This document shows, piece by piece, positions 45,279 to 53,831 of a stretch of DNA of 64,000 bases. The notes beneath the pieces were generated by a model. It searched no databases. It was given only the letters and a program-made list of their open reading frames with translations, and was not told the origin of the DNA. The DNA is from a virus. Taxonomy: Duplodnaviria > Caudoviricetes. A program made the translations under genes and the position numbers. How positions within the stretch are numbered: the first letter of the stretch is position 1; each line of letters begins with the position of its first letter. The stretch is taken from IMG/VR virus record IMGVR_UViG_2675903036_000001, positions 22,710 through 86,709 of that record; one strand, given 5' to 3'.

Positions 45279-47984
45279 ATGGCTGATGTAAGAATACCAA
45301 TTAGCGCTGATTTCAATAGCGGTGATCTGGATAAGGTGGTTCAGCAGTTCTCTAGCCAGATGAACCGGTTGGCCAAGTCAATTGCTGAAGCCAATAATAC
45401 TAAATTCAATCCTATTGACGATGCGACGGCCGATGATATCAAGAAAGTCATTCATCAGTTTGATGCTCTAAAACGGCTATCTGAAAGCTTCAATAAGCGT
45501 CTAAAAGATACCGGACAATCCAATGCCGGTCTGTTCGATATCGATTTTCATAGGCTGTATGAGAACCAGCGTGCGGGTGCCAGGAAGGCGCTTGACGTTC
45601 TTCAGTATGTTACGGCTGGTACGACGTTCGCGTCACGCATGCCGGGGACCACTACCGGCAATCAAGGCGGCTCGCAATTGCCTGTGCCAACAAATGGAAC
45701 TCCCGCGACAGCAGACTGGAAGCACTGGGGAGGTAACGTATTCAATTCCGCTATAGGCGCTGCCGGGCCTGGCGGGCAAGTGATCAGCAATGCTGTCAGC
45801 GCTGGCATGTCCGGCGGTTTAAAAGCTGGATTGTTCGGTTTGGCGGGCGGATTTGCTGCGCTGGGTGTCGGCAAGCTGATCTCGTCGGCAAGAGAGAAAA
45901 TAGGTGACGCGCAACAAGAAGCCATTGGTTATGATCGCCTGAAACGCTCTCTGGGTGATATCAATGTCGGATTCGATGAGCTCAAAAGCTCGTTAAGATT
46001 CTCTGCTGGTGAAATTTGGGAAACATTCGGCAAAACTCAGGAGCTGGCCATAGAGTTTGCGAAGATTTCAGGATTGAGCCGCGATCAGTCCAAGAACCTG
46101 GCGAAAGAAGTGGCCTTCGGCGGCGGCTTCTCATGGTCGCTCGGCCTGGATACCAAGCAGGGAAATCAGTTCTTCGCGCAGATGCGCCAATTCAAGGTCA
46201 CCAACAACGAATCGGACACCAGGCGGCTTGGGCTCATGATCGGGGAGGGGATCGCCAGAAGTGGCGCGTTCTCGAAAGCCGATGAGTTGATGCAGGCAAT
46301 AGCCGGTTATACCGCGAACCAGGCGCGCATGAGTTTGACCGTGCCTAACGTGGCAGGTTATGCGGGAATGTTGTCCAGTATGGTTGGTTCAGGCATACCT
46401 GGACTCGATCCACAGGGAGCAGCAGCGATACTTGGCCGTGCCAATTCGGCCATCATGCAGGGGGGGGGAGCGGGAGAGGCCGGGCAGAATTTCTTGCACT
46501 CAATTCTGGGGCGCCTCGGGCTCAATCCAATTGAGTCAACTTTATTCCAGGAGGGAGGGCTGCTTTCCACGGGGGCGAGCACGTTCGGCGGGAAGCTTTT
46601 CACGGACTGGGCGAAGATGCGAGGCGTGGCAGCTCATGGAATAGCGGGAAATTCCAGCGATACCCTGTTTTCCCATGTAATGGGTGGGCTTGGCAACAAT
46701 TATAGCAATCCATGGCTGCGGCTGAACGCTATGTCGCGTATGTTTGGCGTGAATCATTCCCAGGCCATGGCGCTGGATGTACTGCATCAGCAAGACCCTA
46801 AGATGCTGGGAGGAATGGAAAAACATCTGGCCGGTCTGGACGTGGACTTATCCAGTCTCTCCAGTACTGGAATCATGTCTACGGCGAGCATATTCACCGG
46901 CGACAGAAAAACACTGGATAGCGCGGCAAGAAGCCTGCTGAACAGAACGGACAAAGGCAAGCTCAACGAGCAGGAAAGGGAAGGTCTGATTAAGGCGCAA
47001 ACGGGAAATGATGAGGGTGCTTTTAGAAACGTATTAATGAAGCTCACTGCCACGCGCGAAATGCAACAGACGGAAGGCAGTAAGACGCAAGAACTGCTGT
47101 CTGAAACAAATCGCGTGCTGCAAGATATGGCGTCGAGGCTTATTCCTGCAATCGACACAATGAAAGATGGGATTCTCCATCTGGCAAGATTGGCTGGATT
47201 TAAGCCTGGGGATCCTTATAAACCTAAGAAAGATTATGGCAGCGATGTTTACGAAAAGTTAGGTGAAGCAGGAAAGGCGTTGGATGAGATTAACGGCATT
47301 GGTTCCACATCCACGCCTGCTACAGCCGGTCGTCTGCCTGATGCAGTAACTCCAGCCCCCAGTCCGGCAACGAGTGGTAGTGAAGTCAATATGGGCCATG
47401 ATGTAAAGCAAAGGATGGAGGAGGTGCTTGCTTCATTGCCACCGGGTCTTGCGCAAAGAATTCGCAACAATCCGGCTTTTCAAAAGCAGGTGGCTATGGA
47501 ATCTGGATGGCGGCATTTAGGTAAAGACGGAAAGTTGCTTAGGTCAAAAGCTGGCGCCCTTGGAATAACACAAGTTATGCCGAAAACTGGAAGAGATCCA
47601 GGTGGTAACATTATTCCTTTACGAGATGATTCTATTGAAGAGTATCTCAGGTTCGGCCTTGATTATGATGATTGGCTGCACAAAGAATTTGGCGGGGATA
47701 CTGAAAAAGCACTTGCAGCATATAACTGGGGCATTGGGAATGTAAAGAAATTTGGAGATGGATATAAAAATATTCCAGAAACAAATGGCTATGTCAATTC
47801 CATTATGAAGGGACTGCCAGAAGGCACCCAGAAATGGGCCGGTGGTCAGAATGAGCAGAGGATAGCGGTTGACGGTAAATTCACGCTTGATAATTCAAAT
47901 GGAACTCCGGCAGCACCCCCGGTCAACATAACTAAAATTGTGCGTCAACCAAGCCCCCATGGAATGCAGGGGGGATTCAGGTGA
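45279..47984 (+). CDS. tape measure protein with C-terminal lytic transglycosylase
   Basis: Gly/Ala-rich; MESG, SKAGALGITQVMP, ALAAYNWG, PETNGYV. Confidence 0.85.
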   Translation: MADVRIPISADFNSGDLDKVVQQFSSQMNRLAKSIAEANNTKFNPIDDATADDIKKVIHQFDALKRLSESFNKRLKDTGQSNAGLFDIDFHRLYENQRAGARKALDVLQYVTAGTTFASRMPGTTTGNQGGSQLPVPTNGTPATADWKHWGGNVFNSAIGAAGPGGQVISNAVSAGMSGGLKAGLFGLAGGFAALGVGKLISSAREKIGDAQQEAIGYDRLKRSLGDINVGFDELKSSLRFSAGEIWETFGKTQELAIEFAKISGLSRDQSKNLAKEVAFGGGFSWSLGLDTKQGNQFFAQMRQFKVTNNESDTRRLGLMIGEGIARSGAFSKADELMQAIAGYTANQARMSLTVPNVAGYAGMLSSMVGSGIPGLDPQGAAAILGRANSAIMQGGGAGEAGQNFLHSILGRLGLNPIESTLFQEGGLLSTGASTFGGKLFTDWAKMRGVAAHGIAGNSSDTLFSHVMGGLGNNYSNPWLRLNAMSRMFGVNHSQAMALDVLHQQDPKMLGGMEKHLAGLDVDLSSLSSTGIMSTASIFTGDRKTLDSAARSLLNRTDKGKLNEQEREGLIKAQTGNDEGAFRNVLMKLTATREMQQTEGSKTQELLSETNRVLQDMASRLIPAIDTMKDGILHLARLAGFKPGDPYKPKKDYGSDVYEKLGEAGKALDEINGIGSTSTPATAGRLPDAVTPAPSPATSGSEVNMGHDVKQRMEEVLASLPPGLAQRIRNNPAFQKQVAMESGWRHLGKDGKLLRSKAGALGITQVMPKTGRDPGGNIIPLRDDSIEEYLRFGLDYDDWLHKEFGGDTEKALAAYNWGIGNVKKFGDGYKNIPETNGYVNSIMKGLPEGTQKWAGGQNEQRIAVDGKFTLDNSNGTPAAPPVNITKIVRQPSPHGMQGGFR

Positions 47985-49444
47985 GCAGAACTATTGACAC
48001 GTATAATCCGCAGCTCAAAGTCGTTCTACATAAAACAGTCGGGCGCGGGACTGTGGATGGCAATGAAGCGGTATCCACAAGATTCTCGAATTCGGATACC
48101 CAGATTGATCTGTCACCTGTTCTTGGGGACGGCTCATCCGTACTGACTTCAAAATCAGTCAGGGATCCTGCTGGCGGTTTTACTGTTACGTTAATAGATC
48201 GTCAATACGAAAAAATGGGATCGTTTGAATCCCTGTATGGCCTGATCGAGCCAATGGATGTGATTGAAATCAGGATGAAGCATGAGCACGACGACACGAC
48301 CAAGATACCAATCGTCATGCGGGGGTTCATCAGCGAGATACGGCGCACGGAATCCATGGGAGCGGATGGTAAGCCACAGCGGAATGTTGTATTGGTAGGG
48401 CAGGATTACGGCAAAATCTGGCAAATGCTGCAAATTCTATTTCTGCCTGGCTATGTAATCGGGCAGAATTTGATCACGAATTTCAAGCTATTCGAACGAT
48501 ACAAGATGGGGTTTGAAACCAATTACCCATCCGATAAATTCATTCGGGACGTATTTGAAAAAATAATCAATCCGTATCTAAAGGGATTGATGCCTGAAGG
48601 CTCTTCAAACCCCGCGGAATTCAAACTTGACAGGATTGTAGATGATGGCAGCCGTACCAGTATATCGGGAACGCAGAATCAGGAGGGAACGCTTTATAAC
48701 TTGATGCGTATGTATACCGATGTGGGAATCTGGAACGAGCTGTTTATTCAAGATGAAGAAGACGGTGTGCATGTCGTGTTTCGTCCGACACCCGCATTGA
48801 AGGTGGATGGAAAAACGAAAATTCAAGAAAGAGCACCCGATCCTGAAATTATTGATGTGCCGATTGATCGCATCATCAATATGACCGTCTCCCGCTCGGA
48901 CGCAGATATAGCCAATTTTTATTGGGTAAGAAGTCCACGGTTTGATTTGAACAGCGATCTGTACCGGCAATTGTTCGCCGTCCACGCATCATCCGACAAA
49001 GATACGGTATTGCTAACCAATCATCCGAACACGAATGAAGGGCTGTACGGTCTTCGTGCTATGTACGGAGAGACGCAGACCGGGCCGAATGACGCCTATA
49101 CATCAGGTTTGAAGGAAGCGGAGGAAGATAAAAGACGCGACAAGGTAGTTGACTGGGTTAAACACAGAAGAGTTGCCATGGTTGAACAAAACAAGGATAA
49201 CGTGGTGCTGGAGCGTGGCAGCCTTCGCATGTTTGGTAATGAGCGCATCCGAGCCGGAATGTATATCAACTTGAAAAGAGGTGCGTTCAACGCGCTGTAT
49301 TACGTCACGCAAGTCGATCATTCCTTTGTCCCCTACAACGGTTTCGTGTCCACACTTACGCTTGAGCGAGGTCTTGGTTTTGTCGAGCGGGTAAAAATGG
49401 AGTCGGGCAAACAATCCCCCTGGATAGCTGAGAGAACGCGATAA
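47981..49444 (+). CDS. baseplate hub protein
   Basis: position; GQDYGK, GNERIRAG, YYVTQVDHSF..TLTLERG. Confidence 0.7.
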   Translation: MSRTIDTYNPQLKVVLHKTVGRGTVDGNEAVSTRFSNSDTQIDLSPVLGDGSSVLTSKSVRDPAGGFTVTLIDRQYEKMGSFESLYGLIEPMDVIEIRMKHEHDDTTKIPIVMRGFISEIRRTESMGADGKPQRNVVLVGQDYGKIWQMLQILFLPGYVIGQNLITNFKLFERYKMGFETNYPSDKFIRDVFEKIINPYLKGLMPEGSSNPAEFKLDRIVDDGSRTSISGTQNQEGTLYNLMRMYTDVGIWNELFIQDEEDGVHVVFRPTPALKVDGKTKIQERAPDPEIIDVPIDRIINMTVSRSDADIANFYWVRSPRFDLNSDLYRQLFAVHASSDKDTVLLTNHPNTNEGLYGLRAMYGETQTGPNDAYTSGLKEAEEDKRRDKVVDWVKHRRVAMVEQNKDNVVLERGSLRMFGNERIRAGMYINLKRGAFNALYYVTQVDHSFVPYNGFVSTLTLERGLGFVERVKMESGKQSPWIAERTR

Positions 49445-50217
49445 TGTTGAGATTGGGACGTGTGGTAGCGATTCACCCGGAAGACAATTCGGTAGATATC
49501 GTCATGACCGACGACGGTGCTCGCCTAGCTGGAGTGCAGGTGCTTGCTTCTTCCGCCAGCACGCGCAGCGGACTTGTTGACTTGCCCGTGCCTGCACAAC
49601 CGGATGAGGGCGACGCAAAATGGGATATCACGAAGGTCACGGAGAGCGACGTGATTGCAGCTGTGGCCTATTTTGATGCAATGAGAATGCCTGTGGTCGT
49701 AGGCTTTCTCTATCCACAAATCAATCAGATGCTGTTTGCGGAAGAGGGCAGAAAGTTAGATCGTCACCATTCTGATGTGTATAGCGCGATAGATAAGGAT
49801 GGCAATGTTGAATGGTTCCACCCGAGCGGAACTTATGTTCGCATGGCCGTTTCACCCGAGCATGAAGACCTGGACGGCAAGGACTTCGATAAAAAATGGA
49901 AGACTGATCGCAATACTGATAAGCGGGTTTCATTCAGGCTAGCGATTAAAAACAGCGGCGGCACGAAGGCAACAATCACCATTGATCCCGATGGAAATGT
50001 CTCGCTGGTACACGCTGGCAATCTCAATATTGAAACAAGTGGAAATGCTGCTCACACAGCGCAAACTATCGTCATGAACGCTGATACATTGATGATAAAT
50101 GCAAATGTAGCAATTAACGGCGACAGCATGACTCACAACGGGGTGGATATAGGTAGATCGCACCGTCATTCCGGTGTCGAGGCTGGACCAGACAATACCG
50201 GGGCACCGATCTCCTAG
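49444..50217 (+). CDS. baseplate spike (gpV-like)
   Basis: N-terminal OB-like region, HPSGT, C-terminal HRHSGV metal-binding tip. Confidence 0.85.
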   Translation: MLRLGRVVAIHPEDNSVDIVMTDDGARLAGVQVLASSASTRSGLVDLPVPAQPDEGDAKWDITKVTESDVIAAVAYFDAMRMPVVVGFLYPQINQMLFAEEGRKLDRHHSDVYSAIDKDGNVEWFHPSGTYVRMAVSPEHEDLDGKDFDKKWKTDRNTDKRVSFRLAIKNSGGTKATITIDPDGNVSLVHAGNLNIETSGNAAHTAQTIVMNADTLMINANVAINGDSMTHNGVDIGRSHRHSGVEAGPDNTGAPIS

Positions 50218-50257
50218 AAATCCAGGTTCTGCCACTTTAATTTTGTCTTTTATAACC

Positions 50258-50536
50258 CTACCGGATTTCCTTTACGTTCAATTCCAGTTCAAAACCACAA
50301 GCATGGGCATAATTCTGGATCGTATTCCAACTTGGGTTGGTATTACCTCGCTCTAACCGACTTACATTGCTTTTCTGCGTTCCCATTCTCATGGCAATTT
50401 CTTCCTGGGTAAGCTTAGCTCTATTTCTCATGGAGATTAAAGCGTCTGCCAACTGGAATTCTGCATCAAGTTTATCGTATTCTGATTTCACGGCAGGATT
50501 CGATAATGCTTTTTGTTTTAATTGATGAAGATTCAT
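50258..50536 (-). CDS. higA: HigA-like XRE antitoxin
   Basis: LTQEEIAMRMGTQKSNVSRLERG..NPS. Confidence 0.8.
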   Translation of the reverse strand: MNLHQLKQKALSNPAVKSEYDKLDAEFQLADALISMRNRAKLTQEEIAMRMGTQKSNVSRLERGNTNPSWNTIQNYAHACGFELELNVKEIR

Positions 50537-50856
50537 TTTCTTTCGACCTCTCTTTGACGATTTCTTGCTAGATCAATCTCTTTCTTCGGGGTTTTCTGAC
50601 TCTTCTTTACGAATGCGTGGAGAACAATGACCCGTTTTCCTTTGAGATAACAGAATAAACCTCGACCAATACCTTCCTCTGCTTTTGCACGAATTTCAAA
50701 AAGACCGTCACCCATAGGTTCTGTATGTGGCGATCCCAGGTTAGCTCCATGCTTTTCTATAAGTTCCAGAAGACGGATCATTCTGGCCTGAATCTTGGGT
50801 GGCATACCTATAATCTGGTCAGTTACTCCAGCATAGAATTCAACCTTCCAATTCAT
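50533..50856 (-). CDS. higB: HigB/RelE-like (Gp49) toxin
   Basis: PHT..MGDGLFEIR, VLHAFVKKSQKTP; toxin-first order. Confidence 0.85.
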   Translation of the reverse strand: MNWKVEFYAGVTDQIIGMPPKIQARMIRLLELIEKHGANLGSPHTEPMGDGLFEIRAKAEEGIGRGLFCYLKGKRVIVLHAFVKKSQKTPKKEIDLARNRQREVERK

Positions 50857-50872
50857 TTTGCGTCCTTATGAA

Positions 50873-50892
50873 TGTTATCATAAATGATAACA
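50873..50892. promoter_or_regulatory. palindromic operator of higBA
   Basis: TGTTATCAT-aa-ATGATAACA. Confidence 0.6.
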
Positions 50893-50948
50893 ATGGTTCT
50901 CATGCCTGTCTACTCCCCAAGCTTCTTCGTTTAGCATAGTCCACCATG

Positions 50949-50963
50949 TCGTGATGCTAATTT
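50949..50963 (+). promoter_or_regulatory. putative late promoter TCGTGA-tgc-TAATTT, ATG 6 nt downstream
   Basis: repeated motif. Confidence 0.7.
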
Positions 50964-50969
50964 ACCTTC

Positions 50970-52118
50970 ATGCTCACGATCCAAACACAGCCTCCAAAAT
51001 CACAGAAAGCAGGGGACAGGCCGATCTCGTTTGTTTTAATGACCGGTGGCCCTGATCCTGTAATCAATGAATACAAATTCATTATCCGTCCTGAAGAGCT
51101 AACACGGGTTGATCCTTCGCGCGTAACGGTTCATCAGACACTTGGCGGAGAATCGCTGGGCTGGGCGGATAGCTTTGGCAAGGGATTGCCTACCATCAAC
51201 ATATCCGGCAATACCGGATGGCGTATTAAGTACGATTCTGGTGACGGACTGGATCGGATGATTAGGTTGAAAGAGCATATTGATGCTTGGCATGGAATCA
51301 GACAGATACGGATCAATGAGGGCAGGAATCCTGACGATACGAGGTTGTTATTCGTTGACACCCTAGATCAGTTTGCGGTTCATGTCGTACCGATTCAATT
51401 TGTATTGCGGCGCAGCAAATCAAGACCACTGCTCGCACAGTTCAATATCTCGATGGCGGTAATCAGTCCGGATATCGATTCGTCGCCTTTTCTGCCCGCA
51501 CCTGCTCAGCCCAACATGCCTTCCGTCATAGCCGGTCTGCTCGGGGCGATTGGGCGCATTACTAAACTCCTGAATGATGCAGCGAAGTGGATAGATAAGA
51601 ATATTCTCGGCCCGGTTAAAGAGTTTGCGGAAATGACGCGCAAGATTATGAATGCAGTCATTGGCATGATCCGCACGGGTGTCAATGTGGTGGCGAGAGT
51701 GATTTTGATGGCTAGAGAGATCGCGCAGGCTGGCATGAACATCGCACGTTCCATATCAGCAATACTAGATTTACCATCGCTTGTAAAACAGCAAATATCC
51801 AAGGTGGCAACCGAATACTCATCTATTTTCTGCCTGATACGCAACGCTCTAGGGATTACGCCTTACTATGACGATTACTCATCTGTATACGGCGCGTCAA
51901 ATTGCTCGTCTACGGCAGGCGGACGACCGCCCAGCATCTACACTAACACTAATACCTTCGCAGCTATTACACCTGAAACCGATTCGACAGTGACGGTATC
52001 CAGCGCTGCCCAATCGAGCCTTGCTGCCCTGACAAGAACCGATCCGGTCTTATCGCCCATGTCGCAAAGTGAATTGCTTGCGCACACTAACAATGTTGTT
52101 GCTGGGGTGGCGATCTGA
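50970..52118 (+). CDS. baseplate/tail-tube-initiator-like protein
   Basis: RPEEL, QTLGG, D.FG.G..TINISGNTGW; position. Confidence 0.65.
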   Translation: MLTIQTQPPKSQKAGDRPISFVLMTGGPDPVINEYKFIIRPEELTRVDPSRVTVHQTLGGESLGWADSFGKGLPTINISGNTGWRIKYDSGDGLDRMIRLKEHIDAWHGIRQIRINEGRNPDDTRLLFVDTLDQFAVHVVPIQFVLRRSKSRPLLAQFNISMAVISPDIDSSPFLPAPAQPNMPSVIAGLLGAIGRITKLLNDAAKWIDKNILGPVKEFAEMTRKIMNAVIGMIRTGVNVVARVILMAREIAQAGMNIARSISAILDLPSLVKQQISKVATEYSSIFCLIRNALGITPYYDDYSSVYGASNCSSTAGGRPPSIYTNTNTFAAITPETDSTVTVSSAAQSSLAALTRTDPVLSPMSQSELLAHTNNVVAGVAI

Positions 52119-52735
52119 TGGCGCCGCCAAGAATACAGATACCTGCGTACAGAATCGCCGAGACATTCCATGGCGATACGATCCAGGCCATTGCTTTTCG
52201 TGAACTGGGTGATGCTAATCGCTGGCCCGATCTGGTTGCGCTGAATGAATTAAGACCGCCATTCATCACCAGCGATCCTGATCTGGTTGTTCCGGGAGTG
52301 TTACTGGCTGGCAATCCAATCAAGGTGCTTGCTCCCAGTCCGTTTGTGCCTGCAACACGGTCTCCCGATGATGCATTTCTCAGGGACGTGGCTCTCAATA
52401 ATAAATTGCTCGAAGCAACAGAAGGGGGCGATTTCGCCATGGCGTCTGGCGTTCCCAATCTGAGGCAGGCATTGAATCACGCCATGATTACTGAAAAAGG
52501 TAATCTCCCATTTCACCCCAGATATGGCTCGATGATTCCGAGGATCATCGGTGAGGTCAGCTCGCCTGTATCTGCAATCATGGCGGCTGAGTACGCAAAA
52601 TCCGTGGTTGCGGCTGATGAGCGAATATCGCGCGTCATTCAATCCAAGGCGGAAGCGGTAGGGGACAAAATAAGGGTTGAGGTGAATGCTGAGACAATCC
52701 ATGGCAGACCAGTCAATTTGGAGGTGGTGATTTAA
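52118..52735 (+). CDS. LysM + gp25-like baseplate wedge protein
   Basis: GDTIQAIA.RELGD..RW..L..LN; NLRQAL..TEKG.LPFHPRYGS. Confidence 0.8.
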   Translation: MAPPRIQIPAYRIAETFHGDTIQAIAFRELGDANRWPDLVALNELRPPFITSDPDLVVPGVLLAGNPIKVLAPSPFVPATRSPDDAFLRDVALNNKLLEATEGGDFAMASGVPNLRQALNHAMITEKGNLPFHPRYGSMIPRIIGEVSSPVSAIMAAEYAKSVVAADERISRVIQSKAEAVGDKIRVEVNAETIHGRPVNLEVVI

Positions 52736-52736
52736 T

Positions 52737-53831
52737 ATGTTCCAGATCAAGGATTTTATTAGTGTGACTGCATCCATGCTGAATTGGATGAAGGCAACAC
52801 AATCAAAGATCACCGATTTCAACGTGGGATCGGTAGCGAGAACTTTGGTTGAAGCGCCTGCTGTCGAGATTGAGGAACTCTATCAACAATTTTTCATTGG
52901 TTTACGGGAAGCGATACCAGTTGCGATTTTCCGGGCATTTAATTTTGAGAGACTTTCTGCCGCACTTGCAGTTGGTACTGTAACCGTTACGCAGGGCGCG
53001 GCCAGAACCAGCGATCTTCCGATCCCCGAGGGAACCGTTTTTCTAACAGCCGATGGGCGGGAATACAAAAGCGTTCAGGATGTTACCTGGCTGACCGGCA
53101 CGACATTCGTGCAAATACAGGTTGAAGCATCTTTGCCCGGTATGCTGGGCAATACCTCCGCAGGAACCATTGTCCAGTCGTCATTTTTCGATAGCAATGC
53201 GGTTATCAGCAACCTGCCAATTAATAACGGCAGGGATGCCGAGACCGAGGAAGAGCGCAAAATCCGTTTTGCCGATTTCATCCTGTCGCTATCTCGCGGC
53301 ACTTTGGCGGCTATCAAATTTGCGGTTGCTTCTGCTGCAGTCAAATCCGAGTTGGGCGAAACAATAGAATATGTTGCCCGAATTGGTGTTGAGGAGGAAA
53401 TCGGGCACGTTGACATTCACATTTATGGATCAGGTGGAATTGCCAGTGATGCGTTGGTCACTCAAGCGCAAATGCTGGTGGACGGTTATGAACTGGACGA
53501 TGGAACGAAAATACCTGGTTACCGTTCAGCAGGCATTCGCGTGACGGTCAATAAAATGACCGAGCAGACCATCAATGTGACAATGAATGCCAGCCTGTTT
53601 CCTGGTTACTCTCTCACAACCGCTCTTATCAATGAAATTAAGGCAAGGATAGAAACAGAATTCGATGGCGTCGAGTCCGGTAGCGTGCTCTACATGAAAA
53701 GCCTGACTGATGCGGCCTTAAGTGTGGTTGGCATCAAAGATATCTTTGTCTCAAATGAGTCAAATATCATTTGCGGCAATGATGAGGTGCTGCGTTTAGG
53801 TGATTTTACTGTCATTGAAGTCAATGCTTGA
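52737..53831 (+). CDS. baseplate J-like protein
   Basis: TDFNVGSVARTLVEA, G..GN, NGRDAETEEE...RF. Confidence 0.85.
   Translation: MFQIKDFISVTASMLNWMKATQSKITDFNVGSVARTLVEAPAVEIEELYQQFFIGLREAIPVAIFRAFNFERLSAALAVGTVTVTQGAARTSDLPIPEGTVFLTADGREYKSVQDVTWLTGTTFVQIQVEASLPGMLGNTSAGTIVQSSFFDSNAVISNLPINNGRDAETEEERKIRFADFILSLSRGTLAAIKFAVASAAVKSELGETIEYVARIGVEEEIGHVDIHIYGSGGIASDALVTQAQMLVDGYELDDGTKIPGYRSAGIRVTVNKMTEQTINVTMNASLFPGYSLTTALINEIKARIETEFDGVESGSVLYMKSLTDAALSVVGIKDIFVSNESNIICGNDEVLRLGDFTVIEVNA

Noticed and set aside
53800-53823. MILLSLKS at the track start of the baseplate ORF resembles the cargo leader
   Set aside because: It overlaps the baseplate J 3' end, the ATG at 53824 is the more plausible start, and the protein is a tail component; likely coincidence
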